From positions 1 to 64,000 of IMG/VR virus record IMGVR_UViG_3300007712_000002: a stretch of 64,000 nt of DNA; one strand, written 5' to 3'. A model generated the notes under the pieces. It was given only the letters and a program-made list of their open reading frames with translations. It did no database searches and was not told the DNA's origin. This DNA comes from a virus. Both the position numbers and the translations under genes were made by a program. Each line of letters opens with the position of its first letter. Position 1 is the first letter of the stretch. Of the stretch, positions 47,779 to 56,405 are shown piece by piece.

Positions 47779-48504
47779 ATGATTCTAAAAGAATTTACAA
47801 CACGAGGCGGAACGAAGCTAGAAAAGCTTACTCGCGCCCTCAATGAAAATTACAATTATGATATTAACTTCAAGGGTATGACAGTCGCCCGCGCCGAGCG
47901 CCTAGCTGAGCGAGCACGCCTGAAAGTTGAAGAAAACAGTGATGTCAACAAACGCATTAAATTTGCAATGATTGCAGAGAGCCTCGATCTCTGGATGCAA
48001 GCAAACGTACAAAGTGAACTTACATCATTCAATTTAGCTGAAGGGCTTGATGACGAAAGCATGGAAGAAGCAAAAGTCATCCTTGCAGCAAAAGAATTAA
48101 GCGATAAGATCCAGGGCATGATTGAAGATGCCGCAAAGATGCAGGTTCAAGACCTGCTTCCAATCGTTGATGCCATGAAAGCTGAATTGGGTGGAAGTGA
48201 GGCAGATGCCTTTGCTACATCCGCAGACGCAGCATTGGGCGGCCTAGTCGACACACTCAAGTCAGCCAAGGAAGAATATGACGGAGCAATTCAAGCTGCT
48301 CAAGGACAAGAACCAGCAACCGACATGGACAACTTTGACATGGACGGCGACATGGGCGACATGGGCGATGAAATGGACACAGACATGGACAACTTTGACA
48401 TGGACGGCGGCGATGATATGGAAGTTGACGATGAATTTGGTGGTGATGATGCAAATGTTGCTGATGACGAACCAACCGGACGTGAGATGAAAGACGAGAT
48501 CTAA
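47779..48504 (+). CDS. Prohead-core/scaffold-like acidic protein
   Basis: Late promoter 47744; LNE, LAE sites; helical; D/M-rich tail ending GREMK. Confidence 0.5.
   Translation: MILKEFTTRGGTKLEKLTRALNENYNYDINFKGMTVARAERLAERARLKVEENSDVNKRIKFAMIAESLDLWMQANVQSELTSFNLAEGLDDESMEEAKVILAAKELSDKIQGMIEDAAKMQVQDLLPIVDAMKAELGGSEADAFATSADAALGGLVDTLKSAKEEYDGAIQAAQGQEPATDMDNFDMDGDMGDMGDEMDTDMDNFDMDGGDDMEVDDEFGGDDANVADDEPTGREMKDEI
48322..48409 (+). repeat. 28-nt exact direct repeat (60-nt period) encoding DMDNFDMDG
   Basis: GACATGGACAACTTTGACATGGACGGCG at 48322 and 48382. Confidence 0.9.
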
Positions 48505-48842
48505 TGCGAGCACACGAGCTGTTTGATAGTGATTATAACGAGGATCTCCGTTCAGAAGTAATCACTCTGCTCACAGCCGTAAGTGCTGAAGGAATAGATC
48601 AAGTTAAAACTCAAAACTTGTTAATTGATCTCGAAAACCAGGGTTATGCAGTTGATGAGCAAAGTTTGCTTGAACTTCTCAATACAATGGAAGTGGTTGC
48701 GACTGCCAACAGTGATACAATTGAAATTGCCACAAGCGATGCGGACGTAATGGTCGGCCAGGATGCAGATGAAATTGAGCAAGACCGTGTTGATAATTTG
48801 GCTACTAATCAAGCAACAAAAGACCTGGGAGACGAAATATGA
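48504..48842 (+). CDS. Acidic protein with tag 2 leader
   Basis: MRAHELFD. Confidence 0.65.
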   Translation: MRAHELFDSDYNEDLRSEVITLLTAVSAEGIDQVKTQNLLIDLENQGYAVDEQSLLELLNTMEVVATANSDTIEIATSDADVMVGQDADEIEQDRVDNLATNQATKDLGDEI

Positions 48843-49093
48843 ACGATTTGAATAGGATGAGACAGCTAGCTGGAGTCAGAGAATGGGATGATGAAGGTGA
48901 AGATGAATTTGACGGTTCACAATCACTCTGGTTATTGCAAGTATCAGTTAGGCATGAAGGAACATATTTTGCTGGGATTTATTCATCACGAGAATTAGCA
49001 TGGGATGCATCTGAAAGACTTGATTTAAATAACGACGAATCTGTTAATGTAACACAAGTTACACTTGATGCAGAACCCGAAACCCTTTACTAA
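48839..49093 (+). CDS. Small acidic protein with tag 1 leader
   Basis: MNDLNRMRQLAGVRE. Confidence 0.65.
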   Translation: MNDLNRMRQLAGVREWDDEGEDEFDGSQSLWLLQVSVRHEGTYFAGIYSSRELAWDASERLDLNNDESVNVTQVTLDAEPETLY

Positions 49094-49102
49094 GGAAGAT
49101 AT

Positions 49103-49732
49103 ATGGCATATGATTTAACTGCAACCCAAGCCCGCACAGTGTCAACCACAGACCTAGTTATCTACAACGAGATTGACACAATTAGTCGAGCAATTATGGC
49201 CGCTGCACTAACAGGTGAATTAAGCACCACAGTAGATGACGGGACCACAATGACAGAAAGCACACCTACTATTACTGTAACCAGTTCTGGTGCAGGTGCC
49301 TTTACACCAAGTGAAACCATTGTGCTAGCAGGTTCAACAATTACACTTGGTGATGGTAGTGGTGACGGCACAAATGTCTACCAGGCAACAGCAGATATTA
49401 ATGCCGCTGATATTACTGGTCTTACAGCTACAACAGATGGAAGCGAAATTACACTATCATATGAACCACCCCAAGCAACCTGGGGAATAACACTGGCAGA
49501 AGGATCAGGCTCTGCATTGGCAGATTTGGGCTTTACAGCAGGATCAGAAAGTCCTGCAACACCAGAGAGCGTGGATTATTATAGTGTGTGGAGTGGCGTA
49601 ACAGAAGACAGAAAGAAATCATATGAGCTTGCACAAGTTGTAAATCATTTTCAGAATCTAGGATATAATATCCTTGCTAAAAAGAACACAACCACAGCAT
49701 CGAGCGTTATTAAATGGGAGATATATTGGTGA
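49103..49732 (+). CDS. Virion structural protein
   Basis: T/S/G-rich; central DINAA.ITGLTA...LA.LG insert; ends W.IYW. Confidence 0.55.
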   Translation: MAYDLTATQARTVSTTDLVIYNEIDTISRAIMAAALTGELSTTVDDGTTMTESTPTITVTSSGAGAFTPSETIVLAGSTITLGDGSGDGTNVYQATADINAADITGLTATTDGSEITLSYEPPQATWGITLAEGSGSALADLGFTAGSESPATPESVDYYSVWSGVTEDRKKSYELAQVVNHFQNLGYNILAKKNTTTASSVIKWEIYW

Positions 49733-50034
49733 TGGATATTAATAGACTGAGACAACTTTCTGGTATGGCAAATAATCCAAAGCCTGCTATTTTTGAAAGT
49801 TTTGATGAGAATACCAAAATAGCTATTGAGAGAAATAAAGGTCGAATAGGCCAACCAGTTCTTGGTCCAAAAGAAAATGAATTACCCAACACAATGGTGC
49901 TATCTAATGATGGAAATATTATAGCAGTGTCAGCTTCGGGTGGCGCAACTATTGTAATTTATGACACGCTTCTTGAAGAAAAGGAAGATATTTTCTTGCC
50001 TGACGAGGCAATTCGCGCACTCGTTAACATGTAA
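49732..50034 (+). CDS. Tag 1 array gene 1
   Basis: MDINRLRQLSGM...IFES, start 49732. Confidence 0.7.
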   Translation: MDINRLRQLSGMANNPKPAIFESFDENTKIAIERNKGRIGQPVLGPKENELPNTMVLSNDGNIIAVSASGGATIVIYDTLLEEKEDIFLPDEAIRALVNM

Positions 50035-50062
50035 TCAAACAAAGACTTAAAAAGGAAAGATA

Positions 50063-50284
50063 ATGGATATTAACAGATTAAAGAAGCTCAGTGGTTTAAC
50101 AGAAAGCGTGGACCTTGAAGAGCAGGTAGGAAATGAAGGCCTCCTTCGTGCAGCATTGCAATGCTTACAGGCTTGCAAAGAAGGCGATACATCAAGTTGT
50201 GATGAAGTTATTTCAGCTATCGAGTTTGAGCTTGACGGTCCTGAGTATTACGATCCTTATCCTAATATGGATCATCGTTATTAA
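50063..50284 (+). CDS. Tag 1 array gene 2
   Basis: MDINRLKKLSGLTES. Confidence 0.7.
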   Translation: MDINRLKKLSGLTESVDLEEQVGNEGLLRAALQCLQACKEGDTSSCDEVISAIEFELDGPEYYDPYPNMDHRY

Positions 50285-50299
50285 TAGGAAGATAGTAAA

Positions 50300-50551
50300 A
50301 TGAACATTAACAGATTAAAAAAACTAGCAGGCATGTTAACTGAGTCAATCGATGGTGAGGAAATCGGAGAACATCTTATTGAAATTTCAGAGCATATAGA
50401 CTACACAATTTCACATATAAATCAACTTCATAATCAAATTATTGGAGATGATCCAGAAGCAGATGCTATTTTAGCTGAAGTCTTGGAAACGATGAAAAAC
50501 CACGAAATAAAAATACGCAGGCTTGCAGAGTCTAGAATGACAGGAATTTAA
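50300..50551 (+). CDS. Tag 1 array gene 3
   Basis: MNINRLKKLAGMLTES. Confidence 0.7.
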   Translation: MNINRLKKLAGMLTESIDGEEIGEHLIEISEHIDYTISHINQLHNQIIGDDPEADAILAEVLETMKNHEIKIRRLAESRMTGI

Positions 50552-50561
50552 GGGCAATATA

Positions 50562-50804
50562 ATGGATATTAATAGACTAAGAGCACTTGCAGGCACAGAA
50601 GTTAGTGAAGCTCGACCACGCCGCGGCGAAGTTGGTGCTATGAGCCAAGAAGAAATCACTGAATATGTCTCTGAAGTTGCAGCACTTGTAAACCAGGCAG
50701 CAGACAAGTTAGAAAGGATCACACCAGAGCTAGGCCTTGATGCCGACGCTGATGGTATTATCCCAGAAATGCGCCGTATTGCAAAAGAACTAGGGAGCAT
50801 ATAA
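50562..50804 (+). CDS. Tag 1 array gene 4
   Basis: MDINRLRALAGTEVSEA. Confidence 0.7.
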   Translation: MDINRLRALAGTEVSEARPRRGEVGAMSQEEITEYVSEVAALVNQAADKLERITPELGLDADADGIIPEMRRIAKELGSI

Positions 50805-51118
50805 TGGATATTAACAGATTAAGAAAACTAGCAGGCATGATAAATGAGTCAGCTCAATTTGATGAAGATACAAGAAAGATGACGAATGAATTGCATCGCA
50901 TGATGGACGAGGGTGAAATTGATCCGCGCACAGTTGCAGATGCGGCACTCATATATATGAGCGAAGATGAAGTTGCAGACATGATGCACTCCAACGAAAT
51001 GATGCCATATGATTCATACGACGATGAAGATGAAGATGAAGATCCAGATTATTTCGACGACCTTGATGCTGGTGATACTGAAATGGATCGCCGTTCAGAC
51101 CTACGTAGAGGATGGTAA
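50804..51118 (+). CDS. Tag 1 array gene 5
   Basis: MDINRLRKLAGMINES; very acidic. Confidence 0.7.
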   Translation: MDINRLRKLAGMINESAQFDEDTRKMTNELHRMMDEGEIDPRTVADAALIYMSEDEVADMMHSNEMMPYDSYDDEDEDEDPDYFDDLDAGDTEMDRRSDLRRGW

Positions 51119-51120
51119 AA

Positions 51121-51366
51121 ATGGATATTGATCGACTAAAACAACTATCAGGATTGAATGAACTTGGTTATGACAGCCCACCTGGTCGCGGCAAGCCTAT
51201 GGGCGTTGAAGAAATCAACGCCAAAGTTGAAGCTGCAAAAGACAAGGCAATGGACCTCGCACGTGACCTTGAAGCACTGGCCCCACATCTTGGGCTTGAC
51301 GACGCAGAGGTCCGTGAGATGAGCGATTGGCTAGCAGGACTAGCTGGCGATTTGGATAGTATTTAA
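51121..51366 (+). CDS. Tag 1 array gene 6
   Basis: MDIDRLKQLSGLNE; body resembles gene 4. Confidence 0.7.
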   Translation: MDIDRLKQLSGLNELGYDSPPGRGKPMGVEEINAKVEAAKDKAMDLARDLEALAPHLGLDDAEVREMSDWLAGLAGDLDSI

Positions 51367-51374
51367 GATTTTTC

Positions 51375-51403
51375 TAGACTTTTCAACATTTTACATGTAA
51401 TAT
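51375..51403 (+). promoter_or_regulatory. Sigma70-type promoter (leaderless)
   Basis: TAGACT-17 bp-TAATAT-N6-ATG. Confidence 0.6.
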
Positions 51404-51409
51404 GGTGGT

Positions 51410-52087
51410 ATGATTGTTGAAAAATTCCCTTATCAAGAAATCAAACGCAAGCGCGTTGAAGGCAAGCGACTCTACGATACCGAGAGTGGCTTTCTTCCTT
51501 CTGTAACAACTATCCTTGACAAAACCAAACCAGCTGAAGCAGTTCGAAAGCTTAACGAGTGGCGACGACGTGTAGGGCAGGAAGAAGCCCAACGCATCAC
51601 AAACGAAGCTGCTAACGTCGGAACTCTTATGCACGGGTTCCTAGAGGAATGGTTACTGACTAACGACTTCAATGCCGGCAAAAACATGCCAAACATAGTG
51701 GCAAAGAAAATGGCTGAAACGGTCATTGGAAACATACAAGACGATTTAGACGAAGCTTGGGGCACAGAAATTGGTCTTTACTATCCTGGGCTTTACGCAG
51801 GAACAACTGACCTCGTAGGTGTATGGAAAGGCCGCCCAACCATCATGGATTTCAAGCAAACAAATCGTCCTAAGAAGCGTGAATGGATCGAAGATTATTT
51901 CATGCAAGGCGCAGCATATGGCCAAGCCCATAACGCTCTTTTTGATACTGACATTGAAAATGTCGCTATCTTTATGTGCTCACGCGATTGTGAGTTTCAA
52001 TTATTTGAGCTTGATCAAAACGAGTTCAAAGAGTATAGTGAAAAATTTGCTTATCGAGTGGGCAGATTTTACGAACTCGATAAATAA
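51410..52087 (+). CDS. PD-(D/E)XK exonuclease
   Basis: PSVTTIL, W...VG, GT.MH..LE, YAGTTD, IMDFKQ, Q..AY. Confidence 0.85.
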   Translation: MIVEKFPYQEIKRKRVEGKRLYDTESGFLPSVTTILDKTKPAEAVRKLNEWRRRVGQEEAQRITNEAANVGTLMHGFLEEWLLTNDFNAGKNMPNIVAKKMAETVIGNIQDDLDEAWGTEIGLYYPGLYAGTTDLVGVWKGRPTIMDFKQTNRPKKREWIEDYFMQGAAYGQAHNALFDTDIENVAIFMCSRDCEFQLFELDQNEFKEYSEKFAYRVGRFYELDK

Positions 52088-52102
52088 AAACAAGCGGGAT
52101 AG

Positions 52103-52152
52103 ACGCAACATATAGTGTCATTAATACACTATGAGCGCACTATACGTTGTTG
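52103..52152. promoter_or_regulatory. Two NrdR-box-like palindromes
   Basis: ACGCAACATATAGTGT (52103) and GCACTATACGTTGTTG (52137) upstream of the RNR operon. Confidence 0.45.
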
Positions 52153-52174
52153 AAAAACAATATTAGTCAACACT

Positions 52175-52687
52175 GTGGAACAACTGAACATTAGTCAGTT
52201 ACGAAATTTGTGGTTGCGTTCACCCGATGAACGTCTAGCAGGTTGGAGAGAGTTTAGGATTGAACTTCAGTCCTCGTATGACCTATACGAGGCAAACGGC
52301 ACTGACGCGGATGACAAAATCCTTCTGTCTTGTCTACAAGCTATTAGCACGTGGTGGGAACAAACACCGCTTGTTAGCGTAGCTATTGATCCGTTCGATT
52401 CTAGCTCATGGCCAACTGTCTGGGAAATCATTGATCAAGGTGAATGCTGTAAGTATAGTAGAGGCCTTGCAATGGCGTATAACATGCATTATATGGATAC
52501 AAACGTCAAAATCACCCTAGACCGGGTGCACGACCTCACCTTCAATGACGAATACATGATTGCCAATTTTGGTGACAAGTATGCCTTGAACTCACTACAT
52601 GGACAAATTATAGACCCTCATGTTGACTCTTTGGATATAAGAGAGTCGTGGGACATACAACGATCTCTCCTAGAAAATCAATACTAA
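52175..52687 (+). CDS. Hypothetical protein
   Basis: RL..WREFR, WPT.WEII..G..C. Confidence 0.6.
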   Translation: MEQLNISQLRNLWLRSPDERLAGWREFRIELQSSYDLYEANGTDADDKILLSCLQAISTWWEQTPLVSVAIDPFDSSSWPTVWEIIDQGECCKYSRGLAMAYNMHYMDTNVKITLDRVHDLTFNDEYMIANFGDKYALNSLHGQIIDPHVDSLDIRESWDIQRSLLENQY

Positions 52688-52700
52688 ACAACAGGAGAAC

Positions 52701-54914
52701 GTGATGAAAGATATCGATACCCGTGCCCTTATGGGAGAAGCCAAATTCTATGAAGGATATAGTCGCTGGGATGATGACTTAGGCAGGTATGAAACATGGG
52801 AAGAAAGTGTTGCCCGTGTTATGAATATGCACCGTGAGTTTTACAAAGACAATATGACAGAAGAGTTGTCATTGCTCATTGATGAAGCAGAGGCACTTTA
52901 CAAACTCAAATATGTGTTAGGTGCACAACGAGCACTTCAATTTGGTGGTGAGCAGATCCTCAAGCACCAGATGCGTATGTATAATTGCACTTCGTCGTAT
53001 GCTGATCGCCCAGCTTTTTTTGGCGAACTATTTTACGTTCTCCTATGTGGAGCGGGCGCGGGTTTCTCAGTTCAGAAACACCACGTTGCGAAGTTGCCAA
53101 AAGTGGCGCAGCGCAAGGGCCAAGCCAAGATCCACGAAGTAGAAGACAGCATTGAAGGCTGGGCTACAGCACTAGACGTCCTCATGTCAAGTTTCTTTGA
53201 AGATGGCGGCAAGCACCCAGAATATATAGGTCGTCGAGTTTATTTCGACCTCAACAAAATACGTCCTCGTGGCGCAATGATCTCAGGAGGATTCAAGGCA
53301 CCTGGTCCAGAGCCTCTACGCAAGGCACTTGACAAGATCGAGCATCTTGTGCAAGGTGCAGTGCTAGCAGGTCGCAACACACTCAAGCCCATTGAAGTGT
53401 ATGACATTTGTATGCACGCCGCTGATGCTGTTCTAGCCGGCGGTGTTCGTCGTTCAGCCACCATCTGCTTGTTTAGCCCTGATGATCGTGAAATGATCGA
53501 GGCAAAAACAGGCGACTGGTATATCCGTAACCCGCAGCGTGGACGTTCAAACAACAGCGCAGTGATTGTGCGTAAACAAGCAGACCGTGAACAGTTTTCA
53601 GAAATCATGAAGAGCATTCGCCAATTTGGAGAACCAGGTTTTGTGTTTACTGAAAGCACAGAGCATACATACAATCCTTGTGTTGAAATCGGCAAATATC
53701 CGGTCCTCATTGAAGGCAAGAAAAAGCGCAGCGGCTGGCAAGGCTGTAACCTAAGTGAACTTAATGGCGCCAAAGCGACTACTAAGGAAGAGTTTCTCAA
53801 AGCTTGCCGTGTAGGTGCTATATTGGGCACCCTGCAAGCAGGTTACACAGATTTCAAATTCCTTGATGAAACCAGCAAGAAGATTTTTGACCGTGAAGCA
53901 CTTATTGGAGTGAGCATTACAGGGTGGATGAACTCACCAGACGTCTTGTTTGATGAAAAGATCCTCAAAGAAGGTGCAGAGCTTGTCAAGCGTGTCAACC
54001 GTCAGGTTGCCAAGCTACTAGGAATCAATCCAGCGGCGCGAACAACATGTGTCAAGCCAAGCGGTAACGCTAGTGTTCTCCTAGGCACATCAAGTGGTAT
54101 TCATGGTGATCATTCACCTAGATATATTCGTCATGTTCAAATGAACAAAGATACGGAAGTTGCACAACTATTTGCCAAGACCAATCCATATATGGTTGAG
54201 GAAAGTGTCTGGTCAACAAACAACACTGACTATCAGATTGCTTTCCCAGTCATTGCCCCAAAAGAGTCGCTGTTCAAGCGAGACCTCTACGGCGTTAACT
54301 TGCTTGACAAAGTCAAGCTTGTTCAAAATAGCTGGGTTGAGTATGGCACAGACGAGAGTCTTTGTGTCGACCCAACAGTGCGCCACAATGTGAGTAACAC
54401 AGTTCAGGTTGCAAACGATCAATGGGATGAAGTTGAAGAATATTTGTTCACTAACCGTGATAGTTTTGCGGGTATCAGTTTTATCTCTGTTAGTGGTGAC
54501 AAAGACTTCAACCAAGCACCATTTACAGAAGTTCTGACTGAAGAACAGATTGTTGCAAAATATGGAAGAGCAGCTATGTTTGCCAGTGGATTGATTGTCG
54601 AGTCAACCAAAGGGTTTGGAGATTTGTGGTCAGCAACATTTGCAGCACAACAAGACCAAGAGCAACGAGGCGAACAAGCTGACCTAGGTGCTGAATGGAC
54701 CCGACGTTTCAAGAAGTTCTCCAACAATTATTTTGATGGTGATGAAAAGAAGGCTGAGTATTGTCTCAAAGATGTCTACTTGTTACACAAATGGACAAAA
54801 ATCCAACAAAACATGCAGCCAGTTGATTTCTTGACAGGCCTATCTAAGAAAATGTATACTGACATAGATCAAATGGGCGCTCAAGCTTGCGCGGCAGGAG
54901 GTTGTGAGATTTGA
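52701..54914 (+). CDS. nrdJ: Class II (B12-dependent) ribonucleotide reductase
   Basis: YNC, GGVRRSA, NPCVEI, CNLSE, TCVKPSG, C-terminal CAAGGC; no beta subunit nearby. Confidence 0.85.
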   Translation: MMKDIDTRALMGEAKFYEGYSRWDDDLGRYETWEESVARVMNMHREFYKDNMTEELSLLIDEAEALYKLKYVLGAQRALQFGGEQILKHQMRMYNCTSSYADRPAFFGELFYVLLCGAGAGFSVQKHHVAKLPKVAQRKGQAKIHEVEDSIEGWATALDVLMSSFFEDGGKHPEYIGRRVYFDLNKIRPRGAMISGGFKAPGPEPLRKALDKIEHLVQGAVLAGRNTLKPIEVYDICMHAADAVLAGGVRRSATICLFSPDDREMIEAKTGDWYIRNPQRGRSNNSAVIVRKQADREQFSEIMKSIRQFGEPGFVFTESTEHTYNPCVEIGKYPVLIEGKKKRSGWQGCNLSELNGAKATTKEEFLKACRVGAILGTLQAGYTDFKFLDETSKKIFDREALIGVSITGWMNSPDVLFDEKILKEGAELVKRVNRQVAKLLGINPAARTTCVKPSGNASVLLGTSSGIHGDHSPRYIRHVQMNKDTEVAQLFAKTNPYMVEESVWSTNNTDYQIAFPVIAPKESLFKRDLYGVNLLDKVKLVQNSWVEYGTDESLCVDPTVRHNVSNTVQVANDQWDEVEEYLFTNRDSFAGISFISVSGDKDFNQAPFTEVLTEEQIVAKYGRAAMFASGLIVESTKGFGDLWSATFAAQQDQEQRGEQADLGAEWTRRFKKFSNNYFDGDEKKAEYCLKDVYLLHKWTKIQQNMQPVDFLTGLSKKMYTDIDQMGAQACAAGGCEI

Positions 54915-55711
54915 CCGGAGATGTTATTCATTCAGATGCTGTTACAACAATGCGACAGCATCTGAATGATAATTCGATTGATCTTGTTTTGACCAGTCCG
55001 CCTTATGATGATTTGAGAACATACAATGATTCAATACAGTGGAGTTGGTCGGTTTTTGAAGAATCTGCCGCTGACCTAACGAGAGTAATCAAACCTGGCG
55101 GCGTGATTGTTTGGAATACAGGCGATCAAACTATTAATGGTAGTGAAACAGGAAACAGTTTTAGACAAGCATTGCATTTTAAAGACCAATGCGGATTGCG
55201 ACTTCACGACACTATGATCTGGCAAAAGAGCAATTTTAGCAATCCAAGTCGCAATCGTTATCACCAGGTATTTGAATACGTTTTTATATTGAGTAAAGGC
55301 GCACCAAAAACATTTAATCCCATCATTGATCGCAAAAATGTCTATGGAGGTCAACCTGGATCATTTGGTGAAAATACGGTTACAAATCGTGATGGCAGCA
55401 AAAGTGTTCGTGATCGCAAAATCAATCGCGAGTATGGTATGAGGCATAATGTATGGATTGTAAATACTGCTGGACAAGAACGAACGGCGCGGCGCTGGGG
55501 TCACCCAGCCATGTTTAGTCTCGAATTTGCTATGGATCAAATGCGTTCGTGGAGCAACCCTGGTGATCTGGTTTACGATCCTTTTGGTGGTAGTGGCACT
55601 ACAGCAGAGGCAGCGATACGTCTTGATAGAGATTTTGTAATCAGTGAAATTGATCAATCATATTGTGAGATCATAAAGGAAAGAATTGATGCTACATTAC
55701 GTAAAGGGTGA
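54911..55711 (+). CDS. DNA N4-C/N6-A methyltransferase (beta class)
   Basis: TSPPY, HPAMF, DPFGGSGTT. Confidence 0.9.
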   Translation: MTGDVIHSDAVTTMRQHLNDNSIDLVLTSPPYDDLRTYNDSIQWSWSVFEESAADLTRVIKPGGVIVWNTGDQTINGSETGNSFRQALHFKDQCGLRLHDTMIWQKSNFSNPSRNRYHQVFEYVFILSKGAPKTFNPIIDRKNVYGGQPGSFGENTVTNRDGSKSVRDRKINREYGMRHNVWIVNTAGQERTARRWGHPAMFSLEFAMDQMRSWSNPGDLVYDPFGGSGTTAEAAIRLDRDFVISEIDQSYCEIIKERIDATLRKG

Positions 55712-56120
55712 TGTAACCGATGCAAAACAACAGGTCGTTGCCCACGGCGTGAATTGTTCCGGCGGCTTTGGTAGTGGCGTTGCTGGCGCTATTCGCCGTA
55801 AATATCCTGAAATACGAGAAGCATATATCAAACACGAACCCAAAATGTTGGGAACCTGTCAATTTGTTGAACATGCTGATCGCATCTGGGTAAATGCATT
55901 TACTCAACAAAACTACGGCTATGATGGTGCACAATATGCTGACCTCACAGCCGTTGGACTTTGCTTTGCTGAGATCGCAGACTATATGGACGAGCATGGC
56001 CTTGTAACTATTGCCATGCCAAAAATTGGCTGCGGACTTGGAGGACTCGACTGGGATCAAGTAAGTGTTCTAGTTGAAGGACTATTTGAAGACCACGAGG
56101 TCTACGTTTACGAACTATAG
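55686..56120 (+). CDS. Macro domain protein
   Basis: VKGDV, HGVNC.GGFGSGVAGAI, PKIGCGLGGLDW. Confidence 0.9.
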   Translation: MMLHYVKGDVTDAKQQVVAHGVNCSGGFGSGVAGAIRRKYPEIREAYIKHEPKMLGTCQFVEHADRIWVNAFTQQNYGYDGAQYADLTAVGLCFAEIADYMDEHGLVTIAMPKIGCGLGGLDWDQVSVLVEGLFEDHEVYVYEL

Positions 56121-56129
56121 GAAAATAAT

Positions 56130-56405
56130 ATGTCAGAAACTATTATATGGAGCAAAAATGGCTGCCCATATTGCGATCAAGCTAAAGTATTGCTTGATGG
56201 TTCGGGTATTGAATATCAAGAGCGCAATATTAGTGAACAACCAGAGCTAAGAGAAACACTACTTGAAACACTGGATCAGGTCAATCCTGGTGCACCAAAA
56301 ACTGTCCCGCAAATCTGGCTGCATGGTAAGTTTGTTGGAGATTATCGCGCTCTTTGTCAATATTATGAAGATCACAATATGTGGTCTGGAAACACAGGAG
56401 TTTAA
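56130..56405 (+). CDS. Glutaredoxin
   Basis: CPYC, TVPQI, VG. Confidence 0.9.
   Translation: MSETIIWSKNGCPYCDQAKVLLDGSGIEYQERNISEQPELRETLLETLDQVNPGAPKTVPQIWLHGKFVGDYRALCQYYEDHNMWSGNTGV

Noticed and set aside
48322-48409. Direct repeat as att site or regulatory element
   Set aside because: In-frame low-complexity D/M coding duplication.
49732-51366. Regularly spaced repeats as a CRISPR array
   Set aside because: Repeats are degenerate, in-frame coding starts 240-330 nt apart; no cas operon. The neighbouring nuclease is an ordinary phage exonuclease.
20587-54914. Inteins or introns in terL, uvsW, helicase, nrdJ
   Set aside because: Lengths are ordinary and motifs contiguous; no splice or homing-endonuclease motifs seen.
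54911-55711. Restriction-modification system
   Set aside because: No cognate endonuclease adjacent; orphan methylases are common in phages.
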